The notes: a model not told the origin generated them from the letters alone. DNA of 64,000 nt from Octopus sinensis (GCF_006345805.1 NC_043010.1:50840001-50904000); one strand, 5' to 3'. Shown: positions 34,612 through 48,400, counted from the first letter of the stretch. A program made the numbers and translations.

Positions 34612-37600
34612 CATGAAAGGCAGGTGTTAAACACTGATGTTGATATATGTGTGCATATCTTTGTCTACCACAACTGGTGTCAATGTGTCCCCATAATTTA
34701 GTTGTGCAGCAAAAGAGACTGACAATAAGTACCAGGTTTAAAAAACAAAATATGAGTTCTGGGCTCGATTCATCCCACTAAAATTCTTTGAGGTTGTGCC
34801 TCAACATGGACACAGTCTAATAACTGGAACAAGTAAAAGATGAATATGATGTATGAGAAAATATCTCTCCTTATATGAATTATATAAACTGATATTTAGT
34901 GTCTTAAAGCAGCCGAGATGGGGGTTCCTCTGAAGGATCTCTGGAGTAACACTACTCAACAGAATGTGCAGCTTGGATATCAGGGAATGTCTCTAAGTTG
35001 TGCCACATAATGAAGCCACAGCTGTGATACTACTGTAGTTAGAGTGCTGTAGGAAAGGACTGCAAGACAGAGTTTTCAAGCCAAACCAAATAGCAGGAGA
35101 ACTAGGATTTGGCCAAGAACAGAATGGTTGGAGAATATCCATAATTTCAGTTGGTCACATTTGGGAATCCACTAATTATGGGGGGGGGAAAGGGGTGGGG
35201 TACAAGAAATAGTATGAAATGAGATTTCAGGTGTCATACATTTCAATAGAATGCAAATAAAGCAATTTGAGACAACAGGTATGGCTATGTGGTTAAGAAG
35301 TTCACTTTCCAACTATGTGGTTTCAGGATCAGTCCTACTTTGAGAAAGTGTCTTCAGCTATAGCTCAGGGCTGACCACAGTCTTGTGAGTGAATTTGGCT
35401 GACAGAAACTAAAGAAAACTATTATGTGCCTGTGTTCATGTCTCTTTATCTTGACATCATATGATAACTGTGAGTGTCCCTGTCATGCAAGCAGTTTCAT
35501 TTATTTCCAGTATTCTGCTGGCCAATGATGAAATATTGCCTTGGAAGAAGGTTAGTGTTGGTGACAGGAAGGGCATCAGATCATAGAAAATCTGCCTCGG
35601 TAAACTTCTGTTCCATGCAAACATTGAAAACATGTTTTAAACAATGATGACACACACTGCGCAATGGCACTTCATCAAATTCATCAACACATCATAATTT
35701 CAACAGGAGTGGGTGTGTGGTAAGTAGCTTGCTTACCAACCACATGGTCCTGGGTTCAGTCCCACTGCGTGGTCCCTTGGGCAAGTGTCTTCTACTATAG
35801 CCTCGGGCCTACCAAAGCCTTGTAAGTGGATTTGGTAGACGGAAACTGGAAGAAGCCCGTCGTATATGTATGTATGTGTCTGTGTGTGCCTATGTTTGTG
35901 TGTCTGTTTGTCCCAACATTGCTTGACAACCGATACTGGTGTGTTTATGTCCCTGTAACTTGGCGGTTCAGCAAAAGAGACCGCTAGAATAAGCACTACA
36001 AAGAATAAGCACTGGGGTTGATTTGCTCGACTATAAAGGCGGTGCTCCAGCATGGCCTCAGTCAAATGACTGAAACAAATAAAAGAGTAATTGTTTTTAT
36101 ATCCTAGTTTAGTTTGAAGAAATTTACCAAGTGACAGATTGCTAGTAATCTCAATCCAGTGTTACATCATTTGCAGGGCTCAACATAAGATTTGTATTTG
36201 TGTTATATTCTAGTATGAACAAAATTGTATTCCTATCACTTATCAATCAAAGCCTTTCATGTCTTCATTTCCTACAGGTAAATGATACACATTCAACGGG
36301 CCACACTATATGCAGTGAAATTTCTACATCTGCATTCAATGTCCTTGTCATCAGTTCTTATGTTTGGTCAAGTTCATGTCATATAATTCTTCCACTGAAA
36401 GAAAAATTCCTTGTTACAAAGAAACAGCAGTTTTTTAGCATTCAGATTATTTTGTCAAATGTAATGATTATTTATTCACATTGATTTGAATTAATCATGC
36501 ATTATCTTGTAGCTCCAAGATTTTGAAGTTGTGATTGTTTATTTTTAGAATGACATTGTAGGATAGGTGCAAGAAGTGAGATCTGGCAACTCTGATTATA
36601 AAACGGGTAGAATATTTGGGCCTAATATGGCTGGTTTAAATGCTTAAGAGTTAATCTCTTATCTCTTCCTTATTTATTATATATTTCACATTAAACACAT
36701 CTGATTTTAAGATCAATTAAATGACAGAAATCTGTTACATTTACTTTTCTCAGCTGTTCATTTCATGACAGGCAATTCTGGTAAATGCACTCATATTTCT
36801 AGAATATCTGAAGTTTCACCAGAAATCTTACTATATTTATTGTGTAACTGGCGTTGGTATTAATAAACCATTCTTTATTCTGTCATCACTTGGAATGGAA
36901 ACTTCCTTGTCAGAACACATCATCACAGCGTACATTGATAGTGTTCTCCCTGGCACATTCTGCACCACAACCTTTGATTATATCCACCATACTCTTTCTC
37001 CTTTGCAAGATAGGAGCAGTTTGGAATTATGCAAAGGTGTGGAATCATGCTTCTAATGTGATAACATTTGCTATGAATGAATAACTCTACATTCTATTTA
37101 CTAACAGTGAAAACACTTCTCATGAGGTTCTGTGCTTTGCAGTATGGTGGTCGCTAAGAAAAAATAAAGAATGTCTGCTTACCACAAGAGCTGAAGCTAT
37201 GTTCAAGATAATGAAAATATCAGGTTGGCAACAAATACAGCAAATAATTTAATGCATGAATAGTTAAAAAAGTTGAGTGGCTGTGTGGTAAGTAGCTTGC
37301 TTACCAACCACATGGTTCTGGGTTTACACTATATTTGTGACTGTCATAAATTGGGTTTTTTTTTTCTTTATGTCCTTTTACTAATCCCATTGCAGCATGA
37401 AATGAGAGTATTTTAACATGCTTACTGACAATCATTTCTGCTGTCCATGATGGCTGGTGATAATGAGATTGACTTCAAGAGAGAAACCAGAGGGAGTATT
37501 ACATTACAAACTGAGAAGCAAGGAAGTGTTCCCACCAGTGAACTGCACAGATGTGTTTTCCAACACTCCTCTCTGATTTTATTGATAATGTTGAATACAC

Positions 37601-38767
37601 TAAACCTTCTATTGCAACCTGTGTAAGTTAACATTTAGCAACAAACAGTTATTCACTTATGGCCACACCCAGAGGAAAGATCCCAACATTGACTGAATGA
37701 CAGCCATGACATGGGCCCCTAAGAGAAAGAGGAAGTGTGGAAGATTCTAGAACAGTAGAAGAACTGTTGAAAATGAGGCAGGCTGGTGGATGGGGGAACA
37801 TGGAACTAGATACTGATCACAGCTATTGACAGGATAACATGGCGAGAGAGAGAGAGTGGAAGCCTTATTGCATATAGCACCAACTGGAAAGAAGAACTAT
37901 TCATTTAAAGTTAACCTATCTCTACCAGTGTACCATATTTCCATAAAATATTTGCATTATCAAATTACTGCTGCATTGTCGAAAAAAAAGTTATGATTTG
38001 CATCTAAAGTTTCTGAAGGGTGGGTTAGTGACCTCTGAGACTGATGAGTTTGATATCATTACTGTTCTATTTAACTGTTACAAGTCAACCTACAAGAAGG
38101 CCATGAACAGTGAGGTGAGTTGGTGGGCAGGAAGTAAGCAGTTTTAAGCATATGGCTGACTGAAAAACTGGCATCATTTGAGATATTGAAGACAAAGCAG
38201 TAATTTAGAAAACAGATGGAAAAATCTCTTAGCTGTTACCACAAATGAAGCTGTGATGGTGAAAGGTTAATCATGAGTTCAGTGCTGTATAGAAAAGGAA
38301 ATTTTGATGAACTTGCTACTCAATGTAACCAGTAAAAAAATGCTACTTGCTTCATAACAGTTCAATGAGAAACATAGTTGTTTGTTTGGAAGAGGATGGC
38401 CACATCTTGTAGAAAATGAAGGCAAGTTTGGATATATAACACTAAATTCAGTTATATTTTCCATGAACCAACAGAAGAAAATCTCAGCCGGTCTAAATGG
38501 CACAATATTTCAATAGTAGCTAAACAGCACATAATTTGTGAGTACATGTTTGAAATAGAACAGTAACTCAGGTAAAGAGTATAACAGGTTTTAATTTACA
38601 AGTTTACATAAATTATTACAAAAATGTACATATACATCTTTCTCTTTAACAAAGTTAATTAATTTGTACTGTTCAAAATGTCGTAAGGGAATGAAAGAAA
38701 GACATGAGTAAATTTTGTTCAGGTCAACCAAAAAGTTTTGTATTAAAACTACCCAAACAAAAGAAGT

Positions 38768-40357
38768 TCAATGTTGTACAAAGTGAATGTTCTTGTGTTC
38801 ACATTTCATCTGAGTGCCACATACGTCACAATGATATGATTTTCCTCCAGCGTGTATTTTTTCATGTGCATTTAACCGGTTATTACTGAACGATTTGCCA
38901 CATATGTGACAGTTATGTGATTTTTCTCCTGTGTGTACCCGTTTGTGAGATTCAAGAGAGCATTTCACAGTGAGAAAATTTCCACAGTGATATGGCTTTT
39001 CCCCAGTATGTGTTCGTATGTGCGACTGCAACCTGCTATTTTCAGTGAAAGTGTTTCCACATATTTTGCGACTGCAACCTGCTATTTTCCACATATTTTG
39101 CAACTGCAACCTGCTATTTTCAGTGAAAGTGTTTCCACATATTTTGCGACTGCAACCTGCTATTTTCCACATATTTTGCAACTGCAACCTGCTATTTTCA
39201 GTGAAAGTGTTTCCACATATTTTGCGACTGCAACCTGCTATTTTCCACATATTTTGTGACTGCAACCTGCTATTTTCAGTGAAAGTGTTTCCACATATTT
39301 TGCGACTACAACCTGCTATTTTCCACATATTTTGCAACTGCAACCTGCTATTTTCAGTGAAAGTGTTTCCACATATTTTGCGACTGCAACCTGCTATTTT
39401 CCACATATTTTGTGACTGCAACCTGCTATTTTCAGTGAAAATGTTTCCACATATTTTGCGACTGCAACCTGCTATTTTCCACATATTTTGTGACTGCAAC
39501 CTGCTATTTTCAGTGAAAGTGTTTCCACATATTTTGCGACTGCAACCTGCTATTTTCAGTGAAAGTGTTTCCACATATTTTCTACCCAGTGTGTACTCTT
39601 TTGTGTGTTTTTAAACTACCACTTTTACTAAAATATTTGCCACATACGTCACAATGATATGATTTTCCTCCAGCGTGTATTTTTTCATGTGCTTTTAACC
39701 GGTTATTACTGAACGATTTGCCACATATGTGACAGTTATGTGATTTTTCTCCTGTGTGTACCCGTTTGTGAGATTCAAGAGAGCATTTCACAGTGAGAAA
39801 ATTTCCACAGTGATATGGCTTTTCCCCAGTATGTGTTCGTATGTGCGACTGCAACCTGCTATTTTCAGTGAAAGTGTTTCCACATATTTTGCGACTGCAA
39901 CCTGCTATTTTCCACATATTTTGCAACTGCAACCTGCTATTTTCAGTGAAAGTGTTTCCACATATTTTGCGACTGCAACCTGCTATTTTCCACATATTTT
40001 GTGACTGCAACCTGCTATTTTCAGTGAAAGTGTTTCCACATATTTTGCGACTACAACCTGCTATTTTCCACATATTTTGCAACTGCAACCTGCTATTTTC
40101 AGTGAAAGTGTTTCCACATATTTTGCGACTGCAACCTGCTATTTTCCACATATTTTGTGACTGCAACCTGCTATTTTCAGTGAAAGTGTTTCCACATATT
40201 TTGCGACTGCAACCTGCTATTTTCCACATATTTTGTGACTGCAACCTGCTATTTTCAGTGAAGTGTTTCCACATATTTTGCGACTGCAACCTGCTATTTT
40301 CCACATATTTTGCGACTGCAACCTGCTATTTTCAGTGAAAGTGTTTCCACATATTTT
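38768..40357 (-). pseudogene. Two tandem partial copies of the 3' fingers of ZNF locus 4, each preceded by a 78-bp minisatellite
   Basis: Period ~823 bp (CCCCAGTATG at 39001 and 39824); the copies carry a 9-nt deletion removing a Cys of parental finger 7. Confidence 0.85.
39018..39581 (-). repeat. 78-bp higher-order minisatellite (46+32 bp subunits) derived from half a zinc finger
   Basis: Translates as KICGNTFTENSRLQSQNMWKIAGCSR, six full in-frame copies; second array at 39841-40357. Confidence 0.92.
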
Positions 40358-41137
40358 CTACCCAGTGTGTACTCTTTTGTGTGTTTTTAAACTACCACTT
40401 TTACTAAAATATTTGCCACATACGTCACAATGATATGATTTTCCTCCAGTATGTACTTTTTCATGTGCTTTTAACCGGTTATTACTGAACGATTTGCCAC
40501 ATATATGACAGCGATATGGTTTTTCTCCTGTATGTACCCGTTTGTGAGATTCAAGAGAGCATTTTACAGTGAAAGAATTTCCACATATATCACAGTGATA
40601 TGGTTTTTCTCCCGTATGTGTTCGTATATGCGACTGCAACCTGCTATTTTCAGTGAAAGCGCTTCCACATATTTCACAACTAAATGGTTTTTCCCCAGTA
40701 TGCGTTCGTATATGTCTTTTCACATTACTATTTCGCAGAAAAGATTTTCCACATATTTCACAGTAAAATGGTCTTTCCCCACTGTGAATTTTTTCATGCC
40801 TACTCAAGTCCCCGTTAGTAATAAAAGATTTCCCACAAATATCACACCGATAGGGTTTCTCTGCGGTGTGTGTTCTAATGTGAATTTTCAAAAGACTTTT
40901 ACGAGCAAAAGATTTTCCACATATTTCACAGGGAAATGGCTTTTCTCCAGTATGCACTCTTTTATGGCCGCATAAATCCGAATTAGTGATAAAGGATTTC
41001 CCACAAATATCACAGCGATAGGATTTTTCTTTGGTGTGTCTTCTTTGGTGTTCTTTTAAATTACTATTACGGACGAACGATTTACCACATGATTCACAGT
41101 GAAAGCGCCTTTCTCCAGCATGGATTCCCTTGTGCAT
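40358..41137 (-). CDS. C2H2 zinc-finger protein, 9 fingers (ZNF locus 4)
   Basis: 259-aa ORF; C-terminal fingers closely match locus 2; ends HTG-TAG. Confidence 0.88.
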   Translation of the reverse strand: MHKGIHAGERRFHCESCGKSFVRNSNLKEHQRRHTKEKSYRCDICGKSFITNSDLCGHKRVHTGEKPFPCEICGKSFARKSLLKIHIRTHTAEKPYRCDICGKSFITNGDLSRHEKIHSGERPFYCEICGKSFLRNSNVKRHIRTHTGEKPFSCEICGSAFTENSRLQSHIRTHTGEKPYHCDICGNSFTVKCSLESHKRVHTGEKPYRCHICGKSFSNNRLKAHEKVHTGGKSYHCDVCGKYFSKSGSLKTHKRVHTG

Positions 41138-41485
41138 TTTAAAATCCCAAATATTGACAAAAAAATTTTAAACAATTTTCGATAATAGAGTTTTTCTTTG
41201 AGACATTTAGACATTTGTCTCTTCGATTACTTTTCTCAACATATGACTCCCCATATATTTTAGTTGTTCTTCCACACTGTATTGTCTTTTATTTTTTTTT
41301 ATAAATGACTATCATAATTAAAAAGCTTCCTGTTAATTTCGTAGGGTTCCACCCTAGAGAATTCATAAATAAATATTGCTGACGAGGTTTTACTGTATAT
41401 AGACGCTTAATGTAGCAAGTGATTGTCTTGGAATTATCATCGCAAGAGACATCTTACATATTTATTCTGTAGTTGTTTCGATACG

Positions 41486-41700
41486 GTTGGCAGAAACGTT
41501 AGCACGCCGGGCGAAATGCTTAGCAGTATTTCGTCTGCCGTTACGTTCTGAGTTCAAATTCCGCCGAGGTCGACTTTGCCTTTCATCCTTTCAGGGTCGA
41601 TTAAATAAGTACCAGTTACGCACTGGAGTCGATATAATCGACTTAATCCGTTTGTCTGTCCTCTCTGTGTTTAGCCCCTTGTGGGTAGTAAAGAAATAGG
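41486..41700 (+). mobile_element. SINE family A
   Basis: Near full-length copy. Confidence 0.9.
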
Positions 41701-42396
41701 TTATATTTACGAATATATAATGAAAATTGGCCTCTAAACCTAACAATAATACAGAAAGCAGATGTGATTTGCAGTTTTTAAAATGTGTTTAGTTAATTAT
41801 TCAAATAAAATCGACTTTGCTTTTCATGCTTCCAGAGTCAATAAAATGGGATATGATCGAGTGTTACCTGTTACCTTAATTTGACAGTTTAAACATATAA
41901 AAGAAATCAATAATTATTTAGTAAATTTCAAATCGAGTTGAATGGGAGTTATATTTCTTCATGGCTGTTATGTTACGTAAACAGAATATGGAAATGATAA
42001 TAAAAACCTGTGAAGACTTTTTAAAATGAGTTTAAGAGTCCGACCAAACATGCGATTGATGGATATGCCAAAATTATTGAACTGTCACAGCTGATGTTGA
42101 CAAGGGAGGTCACTGTGTTAAGTAAATTAAGAAACGAATTGTGGGAGTAGTATATCCTCTCACTTCCGCCGAAAGTGTGTGATTCTTGTTATTGCCTATC
42201 TAGGAGATCTGTTAAGAAAAATATTCCTGTCATTACTATTTCCCATTTGTTTTTAAAATGAAGGTGCGATCGCTAAAACAAATCAAAGACCTGTAGTGCT
42301 GTAGTTTTAATTCATAAAGTTCATCCATTGCCTCCCGTTGAGTACAATCGACTATGGCCGGTGTAGATAACCATGAAACTATAGTGTTATATGAAG

Positions 42397-42803
42397 CTAA
42401 CAGCTAAGCCCGGTTTCACCCGGTCTGTTTGGATGATGTGGAGGTGATCGTTTTCGGTTAGGTATAATCTATAACAGCGTTTGTCAACCTTATCATTTCG
42501 GGTCCCCTGTTTCAATTGGAGCCTCCAACTATATGAAAATGTCCTGACCCCACCCCGTCAGAAAACAGCTTCTAAGCAACTGATTGTTTTAATGGCAGAA
42601 AGAGGGAAATTCCATTAGAAAAAGTTTTAATTGATTTTCTCGGTAAGTATTGGGGTTCGGAAAAAAATACAAACTGCATTCCAATCTATGCACCCGTCTG
42701 CACATGTGTGCCATTTTTCACGCGAATCCACCCAGCCGTTTGGCTGTGAACCTCAAGACAAGAAAGAATACAACGATCGCCCAATTCCAATTTATATTAT
42801 AGA
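42397..42803 (-). mobile_element. Non-autonomous Helitron-like element
   Basis: Minus strand TCTATAATATAAA start and CCGGGTGAAACCGGG hairpin before GCTGTTAG end. Confidence 0.65.
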
Positions 42804-43949
42804 TTAAAACGAAAATAAAACAATTAAAAGCTGAAAAAATTTTGTGTATGTTATTGTTGCATAATAAAACTCACAGAAGTCATTAGCTGTAGTAGAATCT
42901 ACTTGCTGAAAGAGCGGATGACTGCTTTAAAAATACAACTCCAGTTATACAATTTAGATAGTTTTTGGTGGCAGTGCGACAATCAGAAAACCGAATTTTT
43001 TGGTTTGTCGGACAGGATCTGATTTTATTAAAAATTTCTACACGCGTGTAGTTTTGTATAGCAATTACAAGAATCACAATTTTTCTTTTGTTTTTGAGTA
43101 ATTAAAAAAAAATGCTACGAGACTCTAAGGTTTGATTAGGTGGGGTGGGGTTACGCATCACTTCCCCTAAGCATGACCAGTACTCAACTATAGCCCTCAC
43201 AATCGTTCTAATTCTGGGCCTCACATTCGCAAAATATCTCCCCAGTCAAAAAACACATCTCAAGACATTTCAAGACCGAAAATATTTCAACTCTTAAAAG
43301 TTGCTAACGCTTTAACTAACATCTGATTCTTTGTGTTTTATCTCGATGCAGGGAGATTAATGAGAAACACTTGATCTCCGGAGACTTTTGCTGGTCATGG
43401 AAGGGTCAATCCATTGTTTCAAGTTTTACCTACTTACTAGCCATATCTTATATAACTGAAGGTATCTCTCTCTTACACTGTTCGGTCCAACCGCTGAGAG
43501 CACATATTTCTCTTCATGTCGGAAGATTTCTCTTCACTGGAAGCATCGGCTAAATGGAGAGAGTCAACGTAATCCTTACTCTTTTTTCCCTCTCGGTCAG
43601 CAGAACGTACTTAGCTGCCACACATACACACTACGAGCGAGGGACCAATACATTATCATCATTATCAATTATTACTATATCTTACTAACCACTGCTGGCA
43701 AATAAATCTGTGAACAATATTCGTTTCCCTTCGATGTTATTACGCTGTCTCATCCTATCTTCAACTATCGACATATAGCGACCCGACGCAGAACAAAAAT
43801 CGCTGTTTCTACCTCAATCAACTTTTCATCTGTACAATACGATTGGTACCTCCGACGTTAGAACATTACATTCATAAATTACATATGGTGACTCTGTACA
43901 TTATATTTGGTAACACCGATGTACATACCTATTGGTCTGTTACAAATTG

Positions 43950-44363
43950 GGATCTTTTCGGTTTGAACGGCAGTTTTTTAATATAATTTCCACGTAACTA
44001 AACACTTTTAAACTTCGTATACTGATAGAATGTGTTTATAAAACATATTTTTCTCTTGGCTTTATTGAGAAAATTCTATATTTTGTAAGATATTGGGGTT
44101 TTTTTTTCAATTTCTGCAATTTCAACCAATCAATGACGTCTAACGAGGTGAAAACATTCTGTGCCGTATGAATATGTCCCTCGTTTAAGAAATAGATTGG
44201 GTTTATTTACATTTGTGAAGAAAAAAAGATACCCTTTCCCCACTCCTAACCCTAACCCTAAAACAGATTGAAATGCAAAAGATCGATACTAGGGTCATAA
44301 TTATGGATGACAATTTCATATGACACCGCTAGAAAAAAACTGCCGTTCAAACCGAAAAGATCC
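43950..44363. mobile_element. MITE with GGATCTTTTCGGTTTGAACGGCAG TIRs and 8-bp TSD
   Basis: TSD ACAAATTG at 43942-43949 and 44364-44371; near-identical to 18098-18501. Confidence 0.92.
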
Positions 44364-44619
44364 ACAAATTGTAACTCACATCGGTTCATTACATTTTGTG
44401 ACGCCCACCCCACCTCATACATCGGTCCACTACAAGTTCATAACTTTTGATGAAACCTGAAAGAATGCATTGGTTTTGGGATCTGACACTTAAAAAGTAT
44501 AATGTAAGAAAGGAAATTATAGCTAAGGTATATAAGAATTACGTTTATAAAATATACTAAAAATAATCAATTTAATTAATTTTAGTTACTATTATGTGTA
44601 AATAATACTTGTAAACTAA

Positions 44620-45570
44620 ATAACATGTGTCGGCTGCTAAGACTATGCCTTTCTTACGTAACTTCCGCCCATCCTCCTACCCCAAAACCACCCTTTTTAA
44701 AAACTTTTTTTTTCGACACAAACCCCACTCATTTTTGGCTACGGGGAATGCGAATCTGCAAAAAAATTGACAAAAATCGAAATTTCAACCCCCCCCCCCA
44801 TTTCCTTCATTTTTAAAAACTTTTTTCCGATTTTTTTTCTCTCCAAAATATGCGGAAAAATACGGAGATTATGATTCTGAAAAAAAATTTCCTAAAGTCT
44901 TTGTAAACTTTCTTTTAAGAATTTTCTCTTTTCTAAATATGCGGAAAAATACGGACATAGGATTCAAAACATTTCTGTACTGACTTTAGGGTTTTAGGGT
45001 TAGGGTTTTAGGGTTAGTGTTGTGGAAAAAAGTCAAAATTGAAGAATTTGGGAGTGGGGGCGGGGACATTTTTACAGAGCCGATTTTTGGCAATTTTCCG
45101 GGACCTCCGTATCCGAAAACGGGGGTTTTTGGACCCCCAAAATTTTAAAATAAACAAATTTAGGAGAAAATGGGGGCGGAAGTCTTTCCGTTTTTTTTTT
45201 CAAAAGTTTTTTCGAATTTCTATGCTTTCGATATAGAAGAATACGATTTTGTCCAAAAATCACGTTTTCGAAATTTTAATTTCTCCCACCACTACCCTAA
45301 TTTATTAATTTTTAAAAAGTTTTTTCGAATTTTATTTTAATCCACGTAGATAAATACAGAGATTATGAATCTTGAAATTATTTTTTTTAATTTTAATTTT
45401 TCTTCAAGAAACACCCAATGCCCCCCCCCCTCCATTGCTTCCCCGCTTTCAAAAAAACTAAAAACTCCGAATGTTTCACTTCCGTCTCGTCTAATGTTTC
45501 ACGCATGCGTAGAATTCTACTAAAATAGCAGACGTAAAAAAATAGTAGACTACCACCAGGAAACCCGGCA
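44620..45570. repeat. Unclassified repeat with internal direct and inverted segments and TTAGGG-like runs
   Basis: AAATATGCGGAAAAATACGGA repeated; ACTTCCGCCCAT versus ATGGGGGCGGAAGT inverted; TTAGGG/TTTTAGGG at 44986-45017. Confidence 0.5.
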
Positions 45571-46119
45571 TGCTAGAAACAACAGCTAAACGACATTATT
45601 TCGGGGAAAACTTCCCAGTTTTCTAAAAAGCTAAAAGTGAAACATTCGGAGGTGGAGGTTGGAGAAGGGGATTTGAGTGTTTCTTTTTCCACTTCAGTGT
45701 TGGATATAGGTGTTTTCCCATTTTTAAAAATATATTTGTTATGCTTTTAAATGCACAACGTAAAGCCGGAAAAATCGACTGAAATTTATGTATATTTTAT
45801 TATTCATTTTGCATTAATTTTTTAAAACGAATCGACGTAAAATCTGAAAAAATGTGACTTATACATGATTATTACACATGAATACGGTTCTAAGTTCATA
45901 TGTCGTTGGTTAGGGTTGGTCGATAAACTTAATACAATAATTGACTTAGAGGCAAATAATATTTTAATCTCCATCCCAATCGAAGATTGATTTTCGTACC
46001 AGATAAAACAAAAAAAGAGAGATGTTTTAATTTAGCTAAATAAAAATGTGAAACCAAGAGAAAGGCTGGAGAGAGAGAGTAAGAGAGAGAGAGAGAGTAA
46101 GAGTAAGAGAGAGAGAGAG

Positions 46120-46161
46120 AGGGGGTTAGAAATAACTACAGCGGATGCGAACCGGTTGTTG
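46120..46161 (+). other. Candidate non-coding first exon of TRAPPC12
   Basis: CpG-containing segment ending in a strong G|GTAAGT donor at 46162; no expression data. Confidence 0.3.
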
Positions 46162-46614
46162 GTAAGTGTGTAATGTCGATTTGGAAGCTGTGTCGTCGTC
46201 AGTGATTCGTCTGCAAACTTCTCGTGGAATATTTACATTACAAAAGGTGAGATTATGTAAAAAGTTACCCCTGAAAAAAATATATATATTTTCTTTATAT
46301 TTATTTTTGAAGTTAGTGAATGCAATTTTAAAATAATGATTTTTAACAAAAGAACTCGAAACAAGCAGAAAATATAAACCTTTTAATTTTCGCCGGATTT
46401 TTTATTCCAAGTAAAAATATAATGAAAATTGGATGTGTGCTTAAACATGGGTAACAAGCTAAACTAGTATATGGTTTTCGCAAAGAAAATGCATATATTC
46501 TTAAGTAAAGACAAAAATACAGTGTCCTTAGAATGGTGCAGAAATATGTGAATTAGTGATTAGGGTGTGTTTGCGGCCCACTTATTCTTATCAAACTCCC
46601 CTATACGATCCAAC

Positions 46615-46945
<331 letters not shown>

Positions 46946-46949
46946 CACA

Positions 46950-47083
46950 CTTGCTTGAAGATTCTGTGCACCCACAGATGAAACTCAGAACAGCATGAGA
47001 CTAACTCGACCCAAAATAAAAATATATTATTAATCTCCACTGTGGTAATGTATACTCTTTTTGCCGATAGCTAACACTAAACG

Positions 47084-47143
<60 letters not shown>

Positions 47144-47836
47144 ATATATATATAATAAACTTAGTATCATGTAGATATGGTTTGTTGTTAGAAGGCTGCG
47201 ATAGTTTACAACCGTCTGCAAGATTGTGGCTGAAATGTCAGAATTCGCATATTTTGTTAAGGTCAGTTGACAACCGGAATAGACTGGATTATAGATTGAT
47301 AGAAGTGAAAATAAATTGATGTAAAGATAAGCAGACATCAATAATTAGAACAGTGATTCTCATGGAGTGGGAGATATGATGGAGAGGATTGAAAAGGGCG
47401 CAGCCAAATCACCATGTTTAATAATTTAATAGTTTAACCTCGTCCAACACCATGACGAAGAAAGAATTATTATATTGACGTAAATTCTAATTTGTCGTCA
47501 CCTTAACCCATTAATTAATAGGGGAAGATGGTAAAAAATTTCACTAACGTTTAGGGGTGGAGCCTGACAGTTGTTGGTCTGACAACCACTGCATTAGAGA
47601 ATGCTTTTGCTGTTGATATCCGGTTTTCCGTGAAGATTCACCTAGAAAGACATCTCGGCAATCAGCTTGCAAATTAGCCTTTGAAAGTCACTGGTCATCG
47701 ATATTGAACTCTTATCAATCAGTCGTGTCTTAACCCTAATATTGTTTACTTTTGCTCTCGATATTATGCAGAACTGTCGCAGAAAATAATAAATCATGTA
47801 CAACCAAAACACACACACACACGTATGTGTATGTGT

Positions 47837-47873
<37 letters not shown>

Positions 47874-48400
47874 CGGAGGTAAAGAATACTGAACAAAAAC
47901 CCTAACCACCGGGTGTGTGTATTCTTTACTGTCACCAATATATATATATATATATATATATACTTGCTTGAAGATTCTGTGCACCCACAGATGAAACTCA
48001 GAACAGCAAGAGATTAACTCGATCCAAAATAAAAATATATTATTAATCTCCACTGTGGTATTGAATACTCTTTTTACCGATAGCTAACACTAAATGTATA
48101 TACATACATGCATACATACATACATATATATATATATAATATATAATATATATTATATATATATATTATATATATATATAATATATATATATAAACTTAG
48201 TATTATATATAGTATAATGAAATTATTGTATACAGTGTTCAGGTTTGTTGTTAGAAGCCTGTGATAGTTTACAACCGTCTGCAGATTGTGGCTGAAATGT
48301 CAGAATTCGCATATTTTGTTAAGGTCACTTGACAACCAGAATAGACTGGATTATAGATTGACAGAAGTGAAAATAAATTGATGTAAAGATAAGCAGACAT
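46950..48400 (+). repeat. Local tandem duplication of a ~400-bp unique segment, period ~1013 bp
   Basis: 46950-47338 matches 47963-48400. Confidence 0.9.

Noticed and set aside
39018-40357. Regular repeat array resembling a CRISPR array
   Set aside because: No unique spacers, units derive from a zinc-finger codon stretch, eukaryotic context, no cas genes.
40358-40360. A-to-I readthrough of the shared UAG stops in ZNF loci 2 and 4
   Set aside because: UAG is an ADAR-favoured context, but readthrough gives no intact finger: locus 4 stops again ~46 codons later and locus 2 enters a Helitron.
43380-44434. Possible solo LTR (TATA, AATAAA, ends ..ACTACA)
   Set aside because: No matching 5' TG end with a TSD found.
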